NCBI GenBank assembly: GCA_040235375.1
Contig: JBECKQ010000318.1
Span: 1-56,877, forward strand
DNA length: 56,877 bases
Source of the DNA: Phycisphaerae bacterium
GTDB lineage: Bacteria > Planctomycetota > Phycisphaerae > UBA1845
Direction of reading: 5' to 3'
Shown here: one piece after another, positions 28,995-38,301 of the stretch
How the letters are laid out: every line of letters begins with the position of its first letter
Numbering within the stretch: position 1 is the first letter of the stretch
Translations under genes and position numbers: made by a program
Notes under the pieces: generated by a model
What the model was told of the DNA's origin: nothing
Database searches by the model: none
The model's input: the letters and a program-made list of their open reading frames with translations, nothing else

Positions 28995-29990
28995 TTACGG
29001 TTTCGGTGGCGACGTCCCTGCCTTCTCCACCAGGCGGTACTCAACCGGATCCACCTCGCCGATGATCGCCACCTCTTCCGGCAGATTGAACGCCGGCGTC
29101 TGGTACCGAAACTGTCCTGCCTCGGCCTTGTCGGCCGCTTTCAGAGTCACGATCCCGCGAAGCTTGATCTCTCCGGCCTGGATTCGTTCGATCACCTCCG
29201 CCGGCCCCTTGATTGTGACCGGGCGCGTGAGCGTTGCCGCCGCGTCTTTCACCTCGACGTTGTAGTCGTTGAAGATGTCCAGACTTGCCTCGAAGCGGAC
29301 AGGGACCGCGGAGATCGTGGCTTCCTGAAGCTCCTCCTTCAGCATGGCCCGCAGCGTCCCGAAATCGGGGTCCAACTCCACGCTCACACCGCCCACCACC
29401 GGGTGCAGCGGTACCGGCTCCGACAGCAACCGGCCGCGCGGCGCTGTCCGCAGGTATTCATCCGGATCGACGAGCACGCACCGCGCGGATTCATCCAGCG
29501 CGTTGTACTCCAACTCGGAAATGGTGACTTTCACCTCGCTCGGCTCGATAACCGGCTGCCGCTCGTAGTTCAGCGAACCCGACAGCACCACCACCGGCAT
29601 CGTGACCGTTATTTTGCGATCGACGAGGATATCCACCTCCGGTGGCGATATGCTGCGGATGAGCACTTCTGACAGTTCTCCTTCCGTCCCCCGGATTTCG
29701 TCCAGCAGCCGCAGCTTGTACCGGCCTGATTCACGGCTCGATACGGGCACGCGGATGGTCAGGGGTTCGCGGGCCTTCAGGCGGGCGACGATCGCCTTTC
29801 GACCGGAGACCTGTATCTCGAACGGGTCGGTTTGTGGAGAGAGAGCGGTGACGCGCATGTCGCTGCCGCCGGCGGACACCAGCTTCACCCGCGCCCGCAG
29901 CGTGGCGGTGTCCGTGAGCGAATGGTCGGCGACAAGCCAGACCAGCAGCGCGATCACGGCTGATAAGACGACCAGCTTCGCCTGCTGCAT
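28995..29990 (-). CDS. cdaR: CdaR/YbbR-like regulator of diadenylate cyclase
   Basis: Single N-terminal TM (VIALLVWLVA), repeated beta domains (V.G, P.EV motifs), directly downstream of cdaA. Confidence 0.75.
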   Translation of the reverse strand: MQQAKLVVLSAVIALLVWLVADHSLTDTATLRARVKLVSAGGSDMRVTALSPQTDPFEIQVSGRKAIVARLKAREPLTIRVPVSSRESGRYKLRLLDEIRGTEGELSEVLIRSISPPEVDILVDRKITVTMPVVVLSGSLNYERQPVIEPSEVKVTISELEYNALDESARCVLVDPDEYLRTAPRGRLLSEPVPLHPVVGGVSVELDPDFGTLRAMLKEELQEATISAVPVRFEASLDIFNDYNVEVKDAAATLTRPVTIKGPAEVIERIQAGEIKLRGIVTLKAADKAEAGQFRYQTPAFNLPEEVAIIGEVDPVEYRLVEKAGTSPPKP

Positions 29991-30048
29991 GCTCGACTCC
30001 TGCGTCCGACTGGCCGGTTGGGCAGCAGCGGTCGCGTGCTTGATGCGC

Positions 30049-31017
30049 TCATGTGCCCGTTTTTGCCTTGGCTACGCCGGCCGGCTCGCTTACGACGGTC
30101 GTCGGGGCCGGGCGAATCGTGCTGTCCGATCGTTCCCGCTCCGGGCTCTCTGGCGATTCCTCGGCCGTTGGTGTGCTCGACGGTTCTGTTTCGATCCGCT
30201 CGACCTCGTCCGGCCTGACCAGCAGCCCGGCCACCAGCAGCTCGCGCAACTGATCCGGCGTCAGCGGGCGGTGCAGAACGCCGCGGCGAGCGATCGAGAT
30301 CGTGCCCGTCTCCTCGCTCACCACGACGACGAGGGCGTCTGTCTCGAGGCTCAGACCCAGCGCCGCCCGGTGCCGGCTGCCGATAATCCGGTTCGCCGCG
30401 TCGGCCTCCGCGAGCGGGAACTCGCACCCGGCCGCCGCGATTCGGCCGTGACTGATGATTACACCCAGATCGTGCAACGCCGAGCCCGGCCAGAAGATGG
30501 TCTCCAGCAGCTCGCGCGTCGGCTCGGCGTCCACGCTGACGCCCGTCTCCATGATTCCACCCAGGCCGATCGTGCGCTCGACAGCTACGAGCGCGCCGAT
30601 CTTCCGGCGCGACAGGCTGCCCGCCATCTCCACGATGGGCTCGATCAGCTTGGCGGATTCAGCCGTTCGCGACCGCCAGCCGATTCTTTCGCCGATGCGC
30701 ATCAGCCCCCGGCGCAGCTCGGGTTGAAACACGACCAGGGCGATCAGAAACACGCCTGCTACGAAGTAAGGAAACAGAAAGACAATTCGGTCGAGCTCGA
30801 GCAATTGGGCGATGATCGCCACGACGAGAAAGGAGACGAGCAAGGCCAGCACCGCCAGCATCAACCGTGCCCCGCGAGTCCCTTCCAGGAAGCGAAGCGC
30901 CGCGTAGACGACAATGCCGATGAGCGCCAGCTCGATTGCGGCTTGCCACGGAACCTCGAAGCCTCGGTGCATTCGCTGGATGTACGAGTCCAGCAGGGGG
31001 AAGCGCGTAACCTGCAT
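30049..31017 (-). CDS. cdaA: membrane-bound diadenylate cyclase
   Basis: 3 TMs, VFQPELRRGL, IGAL, GSRHRAALGLS and VVVSEETGTIS motifs; start uncertain. Confidence 0.92.
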   Translation of the reverse strand: MQVTRFPLLDSYIQRMHRGFEVPWQAAIELALIGIVVYAALRFLEGTRGARLMLAVLALLVSFLVVAIIAQLLELDRIVFLFPYFVAGVFLIALVVFQPELRRGLMRIGERIGWRSRTAESAKLIEPIVEMAGSLSRRKIGALVAVERTIGLGGIMETGVSVDAEPTRELLETIFWPGSALHDLGVIISHGRIAAAGCEFPLAEADAANRIIGSRHRAALGLSLETDALVVVVSEETGTISIARRGVLHRPLTPDQLRELLVAGLLVRPDEVERIETEPSSTPTAEESPESPERERSDSTIRPAPTTVVSEPAGVAKAKTGT

Positions 31018-31087
31018 AAGAAGGTGAGCGACAGGCAAATATCGGGCCCCGAAAATGGTCGACGTTGCAGCGACGAAACGGTACGAA

Positions 31088-31116
31088 AGTATAGGCCGAA
31101 TTTGGACTTATGCCAA
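31088..31116 (-). promoter_or_regulatory. sigma70 promoter for cdaA-cdaR
   Basis: TTGGCA-N17-TATACT on the minus strand. Confidence 0.6.
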
Positions 31117-31551
31117 CCGGAACCTGCCTCGCCGCTTCACGAAATCGCTTCGCCGGCGCGCTCTGATTCAAGTCGAGTGCCGATTTGCTCAAAGCCGCAT
31201 GCGGACGACGCCTCGTTCAGATTGGGGCCCATCACACTCGATCGATCATGCGAGACTAGTCTCCGGGCCGTTGGCGGAGGCGTCCTCGAGGGCATTCACT
31301 CGGCACGCCGGAACCGCAGGCCGCCCGAACGCCTGCTGAGCTTCGATGGCGCGGCGGGGCCCCGAACCTCGCCGGAGGCGGAATCGGAGGCCGCGAGCAT
31401 GGGCATTGTGGCCTCGACAAGCGCGCGGGGCTTACCCTGCCCGTTGTAGTCCACGCCGCATGCCGTACAATCATCGGCCGCGCCGGACGCAAGGTGTTCG
31501 GTGTCATGGCTGTATCATGTACAGTCGATCGGTCGTGAGGGCGATCGAGGA

Positions 31552-31635
31552 GCCGGAGTGGCGGAACTGGCAGACGCGCGGGATTCAAAATCCCGTCCTG
31601 GCAACAGGGTGAGGGTTCGAGTCCCTCCTCCGGCA
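31552..31635 (+). tRNA. tRNA-Leu (CAA)
   Basis: GCCGGAG/CTCCGGC acceptor stem, D-loop TGGCAGACGC, anticodon arm CGGGA-TTCAAAA-TCCCG, long variable arm, GGTTCGAGTCC T-arm; CCA not encoded. Confidence 0.97.
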
Positions 31636-31847
31636 GTAGGCATGTCACTGAGCCGTCCGTGGCCCGTAACGAGCCCGCATTATTCACCAGCTTCTGCTAC
31701 GTCGTCGTAAGTGCCGGCGCCTGCTGCGTTGTGCTCCGTCGGCCTCCTCGACGACCTGTTCAAGGTCGCCTCCGGGGGCCTTGGTCGTACGCCTTGCATC
31801 CACCGACCCTTACGCCGACTCGCGACGAACCCGGTGAATAATCCGGG

Positions 31848-33053
31848 CTAGCGGACAAGCGTTCTTCTCGGCCGTGCGTTTCTCTCGCTGGGCCGAAGCC
31901 CGAGCGAGTCGATTGCTCGCGATCCACTAAATAGCGACGCATATGCGAACAGGCAGTACTGGCCGGTTCGGGCTCGGGCAATGTCGATCTGCCGGCGAGC
32001 GACGGCCAGCCGCTCGCGACTCGTGGTCTCAACCGAGATGCCTGGCACGACGGCTTGCGGACCGCACACGCGCAGCCAGGGATCGAGACGCCGCGAAAAC
32101 TCCTCCACGCTCGGCGTGTAATCCATTGGATAGGCGGCGTCCACCAGTCCGGCCTTCAGCCAGGCCCGGCCGTCCTGGAAGTGCCGCAGGGCGACACTGG
32201 GGTCCGGGCCGACCGCCGCCGAGAGGACCAGGTCCGGCCGGGTTCGCTTCACCATGGTCTGCAGGTCCGCCACCAGTCGCGTCACCTGCGCCGTCCGCCA
32301 TCGATTCCACGCCGCCGGATTCGTCTCCGGCGTCTGCCCCGTCGCCTGCCGGAAGAGCGCCAACGTGCGGTGATCGCGCGGATAGTCCGGCACCTGCTCG
32401 CCTGGCACGACCGGTTCGTTCGGAAAGCGCATGTAGTCCAGGTGCAGCCCGTCGATATCGTACCTGCTGACCAGTTCGTGCAGGACGCGGACGATATATG
32501 CGCGCACTTCAGGCAAGCAGGGATTCAGGCTCACGTACCAGTCGCGGGTCTGGCCGCCGCCGGCGTGCGTGATCGGCTGCCGCTGTCCGTGCGCATCGTA
32601 CCAGAACCACTCGGGATGCGCGTGATAGAGCTGATTGCGGATTGGTGGCGGGCCCGGACCCTGCCAGCCTGGCATCACGTTCACCCAGGCGTGCAAAGCC
32701 AGGCCGCGGCGGTGCGCCTCGCGGACGGCGATGGCCAGCGGATCGAACCCCGGGTCGCGGAACCCATACGCCCGGCTCCAGGGCTCGATCGTCGATCGGT
32801 ACGACACGGTCCCGTTGCCGCGGACCTGAAAAAGTACGGTATTGAAGCCCGCCGACTGGCAATTGCCCATGATGCGGGCCACGTCAGCCCCGGTTTTGTA
32901 GTCGAACCGTGTCACCCACACGCCGCGAACCGGACCTGTCTCGCGCCGCTCGGCCTGGCAGCCGATGAGGCAGGCCGCGGCGGCGCCGGCGATCAGTAGA
33001 CGACTCACGCGGCACAAGCGCGGCGCCGGTTCGACTGGTCGGCCGTGTTGCAT
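31848..33053 (-). CDS. glycosyl hydrolase-like 10 (GHL10/DUF187, YddW-like) lipoprotein
   Basis: Lipobox CLIGC; VRGVWV, FQVRG, DPL...AH.RGL.LHAWVN and DGLHLDYMRF motifs. Confidence 0.88.
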   Translation of the reverse strand: MQHGRPVEPAPRLCRVSRLLIAGAAAACLIGCQAERRETGPVRGVWVTRFDYKTGADVARIMGNCQSAGFNTVLFQVRGNGTVSYRSTIEPWSRAYGFRDPGFDPLAIAVREAHRRGLALHAWVNVMPGWQGPGPPPIRNQLYHAHPEWFWYDAHGQRQPITHAGGGQTRDWYVSLNPCLPEVRAYIVRVLHELVSRYDIDGLHLDYMRFPNEPVVPGEQVPDYPRDHRTLALFRQATGQTPETNPAAWNRWRTAQVTRLVADLQTMVKRTRPDLVLSAAVGPDPSVALRHFQDGRAWLKAGLVDAAYPMDYTPSVEEFSRRLDPWLRVCGPQAVVPGISVETTSRERLAVARRQIDIARARTGQYCLFAYASLFSGSRAIDSLGLRPSERNARPRRTLVR

Positions 33054-33062
33054 TCCCTGCGG

Positions 33063-33968
33063 TCAGCCTTTGTTTTCGAGAATCGACGAGACGTGTCCTC
33101 CGTGATCATCCAGCAGGCGTTCGGCCTCGGCCCGGCCCACGCTTCGCGCGTGCATGACCAGCGCGGTCTTGACGCGTCCGCCCGACTCCTTCAGAAGCTC
33201 CGCCGAGGTTTCCCGGTCGAGGCCGGTGACGGTCTGGATCATTCGCGTCCCGCGGTCGACCAGCTTCGAGTTCTTCGTCGTGTCCACGTCCACCATCAGG
33301 TTTTCGTACACCTTGCCGATCCGGATCATGCTGATGGTGGTGATCATGTTGAGCACCATCTTCGTCGCCGTTCCGGCTTTCAGGCGCGTGCTGCCCGTGA
33401 CGATCTCGGGACCAACGAGAACGCGAATGGAAACGTCGGCCTCGTCCGGCACGTGCTGGTTCTCCACGCAACCGAAGAACACCGTGCCGGCGGCGAGCTC
33501 CTTCGCGCGCCGCAGAGCGCCGTGCACGAACGGCGTCGTGCCGCCCGTGCTGATTCCGAAGACCACGTCGCGATCGGTTACTTGACGTTCGTCGACCGCC
33601 TTGGCGCCGTCTTCAGGAAAGTCCTCCGCGCCTTCGACGGCTTGTCGCAGCGCCGTCCAGCCGCCGGCGATGATCCCCTGGACCATGGATGGATCCGACA
33701 GGAACGTCGGTGGGCATTCCGACGCGTCCAGCACGCCCAGGCGGCCGCTCGTTCCCGCCCCGACGTAAATCAACCGCCCGCCGGCCGCGAACGCGCCGAC
33801 GACCATGTCGATCGCTTTGCAAATGTCGGCCTTGGCCGTCGCGACAGCCGCGGCGATCGTTGCGTCCTCGGCATTCATCAGGTCAAACGCCTCGGGGACG
33901 GACATGCGGTCCACTCCCTCTGAGCGGGCGTTGCGCAGTTCGGTCAATAGATGCCCACGGTCTTTCAT
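33063..33968 (-). CDS. murQ: N-acetylmuramic acid 6-phosphate etherase
   Basis: GAGTSGRLGVLDASECPPTF, GPEIVTGSTRLKAGTATK and NSKL motifs. Confidence 0.97.
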   Translation of the reverse strand: MKDRGHLLTELRNARSEGVDRMSVPEAFDLMNAEDATIAAAVATAKADICKAIDMVVGAFAAGGRLIYVGAGTSGRLGVLDASECPPTFLSDPSMVQGIIAGGWTALRQAVEGAEDFPEDGAKAVDERQVTDRDVVFGISTGGTTPFVHGALRRAKELAAGTVFFGCVENQHVPDEADVSIRVLVGPEIVTGSTRLKAGTATKMVLNMITTISMIRIGKVYENLMVDVDTTKNSKLVDRGTRMIQTVTGLDRETSAELLKESGGRVKTALVMHARSVGRAEAERLLDDHGGHVSSILENKG

Positions 33969-34131
33969 CTGCTGTTTTCCAGTGGAGTCACGTACCCCTC
34001 GGGTACGGGCGAGCGTAACGGCAGTGCCACAGTGTCGCATGACGGGCCTTTTTCTGCAACGGCCGGCGGATTCCGGCCCTGGGCAGGGCCACACGGGGAA
34101 GTGCCGCCCAGCTCGCCACCGCAAGTTTTTC

Positions 34132-34162
34132 TTGACAGACGGTTCGCTCCACCCAATATTAT
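34132..34162 (+). promoter_or_regulatory. putative sigma70 promoter for the small peptide gene
   Basis: TTGACA-N17-AATATT (TATTAT 2 nt further on). Confidence 0.55.
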
Positions 34163-34243
34163 CCGCGGTTCATCGGCCTTCGTTTACCCTGTCGGCGCGG
34201 CAGGGCGAAGGCGGTGAGAACTTCGCTTGAAGGGAGTCACGTC

Positions 34244-34315
34244 ATGTCGAGTTGGTGGATCTGGATCATTCTCGGTCTGGTAGTGGTGTTTTCGCTCGGC
34301 CTGTTCCAGGCGTAA
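34244..34315 (+). CDS. 23-aa hydrophobic membrane peptide MSSWWIWIILGLVVVFSLGLFQA
   Basis: SD GAAGGGAG 7 nt before ATG, upstream promoter, single TM composition; below the ORF-track cutoff. Confidence 0.6.
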   Translation: MSSWWIWIILGLVVVFSLGLFQA

Positions 34316-34690
34316 GGCGGCCAACACCGTAATGCTCAACAATCTCGTGGGGCGGGAGCAACCTGCCCGATGAGCAGTGGCGATGTTGGCGGTTGAACGC
34401 AATGCCGTCAGCATCGCGATTAGCTGCGTCAGGCGCTTGTTTCCGCCCCACTCTGCCCCATTTCGATCGAGCGGCCTTTTCGGCATCGTTCCGGCCGAAC
34501 GCGCTCGATTCCGATTCGGGCGAGTGTGCACACATTCGCTCGAAACCTCGCCTCGTGTTCCGCCGTTGGTGTTATCTGCGCGGGAACGCGCGGATTCCGT
34601 CTGCAGCGCGTCTGTCCTGCTACGTTCGGCAAGCGCATCGTTGTGGCGCGGCCTGTGCCGACCGCGTCGGCCGCCTCATCGTCAGTGGGT

Positions 34691-34818
34691 AAAAAAGGCG
34701 TGCGGCACCCCGAAAGTATTGGCGCGGTCAAAGGGTGCCGCAGCGAGTGGAAGGCTTGGTAATTTATGAGACGGCGCAAATGTTAAGCGAGGTTATTTTC
34801 CCACGGATTTCGCCGCCC
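34691..34818 (-). ncRNA. candidate small RNA
   Basis: TATAAT at 34830-34825 upstream; ends in a 10-bp perfect stem (34701-34710/34733-34742) and T6; no credible ORF. Confidence 0.4.
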
Positions 34819-35282
34819 CGTTTCATTATACGCGGTCGAAGACCCGAATCCACTTGCACCATGAATCCTCTTCGACCGTCGTCATCTGCTCCCGTGAAAC
34901 GTCCGTATCGCTCTGCCTGTCTCGCGTGGTTGAGTCGCGAAAGACACACATCCGCGACACTGTATCATCGGCTATTCGCCGCTGTTGTTTGTCCACGTCC
35001 GGCGAATTCTTTATCGGTCGCTTCGGCACTTTGCGTCCCGCGATTCCACAGACGGGCGCCCGTGCGCTATTGGCGACACCCATAAATCTGGGCGCAATCA
35101 CTCGCGTTTTCGCCGTCGATCCGCAGCACACGAATGCCACAGTCGGCACTGACGGCTGACGATTTCCTGAGCCGGAAATCCGTTAAAACCCGTCGTCTTT
35201 AACCCAGATCATTGGTTAGCTGAAGAGGTGATGCGCCGAGGTCTCACCTGCCCCAACCATTTGCCCCAACGTGAGTTATTGC

Positions 35283-35311
35283 AGTATAGCGATCGGTCTG
35301 GGCCGAAGCAA
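35283..35311 (-). promoter_or_regulatory. sigma70 promoter firing into a non-coding structured region
   Basis: TTGCTT-N17-TATACT on the minus strand. Confidence 0.55.
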
Positions 35312-35349
35312 CACAGAGCTGTACATTTTGTGAAAAAATGCCCCGAATC

Positions 35350-36543
35350 TCAGTCTGTGCCATTTCCGCTCGCGGCCGAGACGGCCGGTGACATGAGTCG
35401 AAGGTCGCTGACCTCTGGGGGGCAGAGCAGCCGCACACGGGGGGCATGGCCGCGCTCCAGCCCGATTCCCCGCGACACGTAAAGCAGGTGACCATTGAGG
35501 TGCGACAGGCCGCCGGCCGCCACGCTTCGCGGAACGTGGCTCAGCGTCAGCAGCGGGCCGAGCCTGGGTATTTGAACCTGACCGCCGTGCGTGTGGCCGG
35601 AAACGATTAGGTCTACCCCCGATTCCCGACGAAAGGTGAGCGCCACGTCCGGATAGTGCGCGAGCAGAATGGTGAGAACGCCTTGGGGGAGGTTCCCGAG
35701 TTGATCGATCGTTTCCTGGGCTTCCCGAGAGTCGACGTGCAGCTCGAGGCCGCCGACCGCCACAGGCAGGCCGCGCCATTCCGTCTGCTCGATCTGATTG
35801 TGCAGGAAAGTGACGCACGTTCCCGCGGTAGCCCGCCACAGCCGCTCCGGGGTGTCACAATTGCCCTGCACGATGTAGACGCCGGCTGGTGCGTGTAGAG
35901 GCTGCAACAACCCCCGGATCCGGGGAAGCTCATTCTGGAAGGCCTCGGCGTTGCCTTGAAAAATGTCGCCCGGCATCAGGATGAGATCCGGCCTCAACTG
36001 CATTGCCCTGGCGACCGCGCCGCGCTCGTAGTCCGTCACGTGTGAGAACTGAAAATCTGCCAGGACGGCGATCGTCATTTCGGCCCCGGAATCGATCTTT
36101 CCGCATGGCACCGCGACGTGCTCGACACGGAGCGCATGCGGCTCGACGAACGTTGCGTAGACCGCGATCGGCGCCGGGAGCAGGGCGGCAAAGCCCACCA
36201 TCATTGCCGGCCACGTCGGCGGTACCCGTCCGGGACCCGGCAGTCCGACCCACCACAGGTAGAGCACCGCCGCCCCGATCAACGGCACGACGATCGCCAG
36301 ATCCAGGTACACAAGGTGCATCGCGCCGAAAACACCCGCGCCGGCGGCCATGAGCCCGCAGAGCTTCACCGCGCTAACCAGTACCGCGACGGCCACCGCT
36401 CTCGCCACATCGCCGAGACGCACTTCCCAGTGCAGCGCGAGCGCCGATGCCGTGCGCCGATAGACGATCCAAAACAAGGCGCTGATCGCAATTGCGGCAT
36501 CGAATGTGGTCGACCACAAGAGGACGAGGGTGAATCGTTCCAT
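35350..36543 (-). CDS. membrane-anchored metallophosphoesterase (YkuE/YaeI-like)
   Basis: N-terminal TMs; GD, GNxD, HYPD, SGHTHGGQ and YVSRGIG motifs. Confidence 0.88.
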   Translation of the reverse strand: MERFTLVLLWSTTFDAAIAISALFWIVYRRTASALALHWEVRLGDVARAVAVAVLVSAVKLCGLMAAGAGVFGAMHLVYLDLAIVVPLIGAAVLYLWWVGLPGPGRVPPTWPAMMVGFAALLPAPIAVYATFVEPHALRVEHVAVPCGKIDSGAEMTIAVLADFQFSHVTDYERGAVARAMQLRPDLILMPGDIFQGNAEAFQNELPRIRGLLQPLHAPAGVYIVQGNCDTPERLWRATAGTCVTFLHNQIEQTEWRGLPVAVGGLELHVDSREAQETIDQLGNLPQGVLTILLAHYPDVALTFRRESGVDLIVSGHTHGGQVQIPRLGPLLTLSHVPRSVAAGGLSHLNGHLLYVSRGIGLERGHAPRVRLLCPPEVSDLRLMSPAVSAASGNGTD

Positions 36544-36692
36544 GACAAATGCGGCGCGGAGCCCCTGGCGGTGCAGTGAACGCCCTCCCCATCCGGGGGA
36601 TGGGGTTCGCGATCGGTGCCACCACGATTATACTGAATCGGGCAAAGGCCGCGGCAACAGCCCCTTTTTTGGGCGACGACCTCCGGTGGATC

Positions 36693-38273
36693 ATGGCCAG
36701 ACGCGCATTGATGAAGATTTCGCTCGCCGCCAAGTGTCAGATCCTGTTTGCGGGAGCCGTTCTCGCCATCCTGGCCGCCACGCTGATCATCCCGTGGATG
36801 CGGATGGGCGACCTGACGCTCGAGCGGTATCTGCGCATCGCCAAGGAGATGGCAACCATCGCCCTGCTCGAGGCCGACTGGCAAGGCCAGACCTGGCAAC
36901 AGGCTCAGCAGGATCTGAACGCCGTCTGGCCACAGTACGCCAAGCTCGGCGAAGGGGACTTCTCCCTCAAACCGCCCCAGTTGATCTCCGCGAACGAAAT
37001 GCAGTTTCTCTCGCTCGCCGCCCCGCGGGGCTTTATCGCCGAGACGGCCGCGAAGCTCCAGGCGGATCGCCACGCGCTGTACCAGTTCAAACTCGATCGC
37101 AACGAGGAGGGGCGCGACGAGTTTCGACTCGCCATGGCCGTCCGCGCGCTGGAGGGTGAAAAAGACCCCGGCTCCCTCAAGGGATTGATCGAGGTACGCG
37201 TGCCGATCGATCCTGAGCCGGCATTCCTTAACCTGGGCGTTCTGATCGCAGCCCTGTGCTGCGGCGCGTTGCTGGCCCTGCTCGTGTTCTACCTGGTGAC
37301 GCAGAAGCTCCTTCTTTCACCGGTCCGCAAGCTTCGACGCCTGGCGGAGCAGGTCACCACGGGCGACATGGAGGCACGCGCCACCATCCAGACCGGCGAC
37401 GAGTTCGAAGAGCTCGGCTCCGCGTTCAACGACATGCTCGTGCACCTGCAGAGTACGCAGGAGGAGCTGCGTAAGAGCAACCGCTCGCTCGACACGCGTC
37501 TGGGGGAATTGGCAGAGACGAACGTGGCCCTCTTCGAGAGCAACCGGGTCAAGAGCGAGTTCATCGCCAACGTAAGCCACGAGCTGCGCACGCCGCTGGT
37601 ATCGATCATCGGATTCGCCGAACTGCTGGCCGACGCCGGTCAGCGGGCGGGCGACTCCGATCGGCTGAAGCGCTACGCGACGAACATCCTGACCAGCGGG
37701 CGGATGCTGCTGGACATCATCAACGATCTGCTGGACCTGGCGAAAATCGAGGCCGGCAAACTCGAACTGCACATATCCCTCGTGGACGTTGCGGAATCCT
37801 GTCGCGACCTGATCGACTTCGTGACCCCGCTGGCCGACAAGAAGGGACTGTCGCTCGATCTGGACATGCCCGACGAGATTCCGAAGATGTCATCGGACGC
37901 CGGCCGGCTCAAGCAGATCCTCTATAACCTCCTGAGCAACGCAATCAAGTTCACGCCCGAGGGGGGCGCGGTGAAGCTCATGGTGCGTCCGGAAAACGGA
38001 GAGCTGATGACCTTCGCGGTGCGCGATACCGGCCCCGGCATTCCGGAGGCAGAGCACGCCGCCGTGTTCGAGAAGTTCCGGCAGGGCGATTCGTCCATGA
38101 CGCGGGAATACAGCGGCACGGGCCTCGGTCTGCCCATCACGCGCGAACTGTGCGCCATGCTCGGCGGAAGCGTGCGCCTGGAGAGCCGGGTCGGCGAGGG
38201 CAGCACGTTCTCCGTGCGCCTGCCGATCCGCGCGCCGACGGACGTTTCCGTCCCCGTCGTCAACCTGACGTAA
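36693..38273 (+). CDS. sensor histidine kinase (TM-periplasmic-HAMP-HisKA-HATPase_c)
   Basis: GDEF..L..AFN.M (HAMP), SHELRTPL, NLLSNAIKFT, DTGPGI and GTGLGL motifs. Confidence 0.95.
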   Translation: MARRALMKISLAAKCQILFAGAVLAILAATLIIPWMRMGDLTLERYLRIAKEMATIALLEADWQGQTWQQAQQDLNAVWPQYAKLGEGDFSLKPPQLISANEMQFLSLAAPRGFIAETAAKLQADRHALYQFKLDRNEEGRDEFRLAMAVRALEGEKDPGSLKGLIEVRVPIDPEPAFLNLGVLIAALCCGALLALLVFYLVTQKLLLSPVRKLRRLAEQVTTGDMEARATIQTGDEFEELGSAFNDMLVHLQSTQEELRKSNRSLDTRLGELAETNVALFESNRVKSEFIANVSHELRTPLVSIIGFAELLADAGQRAGDSDRLKRYATNILTSGRMLLDIINDLLDLAKIEAGKLELHISLVDVAESCRDLIDFVTPLADKKGLSLDLDMPDEIPKMSSDAGRLKQILYNLLSNAIKFTPEGGAVKLMVRPENGELMTFAVRDTGPGIPEAEHAAVFEKFRQGDSSMTREYSGTGLGLPITRELCAMLGGSVRLESRVGEGSTFSVRLPIRAPTDVSVPVVNLT

Positions 38274-38301
38274 CGCACTGCGTGCCTCGACACCCCACGA
38301 C

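Noticed and set aside
29602-31449. 615-aa + strand ORF
   Set aside because: Antisense to cdaA/cdaR with low-complexity composition.
31659-31841. 60-aa ORF after the tRNA
   Set aside because: No SD, no motif and weak codon bias.
31552-31850. tRNA-Leu as an integration site for an island
   Set aside because: No integrase and no convincing att duplication; a 12-bp match near 21790 lies inside kinase coding sequence and is likely chance.
34410-34525. Possible c-di-AMP (ydaO) riboswitch from GAATC and CAGCTAA fragments on the minus strand
   Set aside because: The core GGAGGAACC/GGGG elements and spacing are not matched by eye; it would need an Infernal hit.
33970-35349. Replication origin in the long lower-GC intergenic region
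   Set aside because: No cluster of DnaA boxes (TTATCCACA) or AT-rich unwinding repeats seen.
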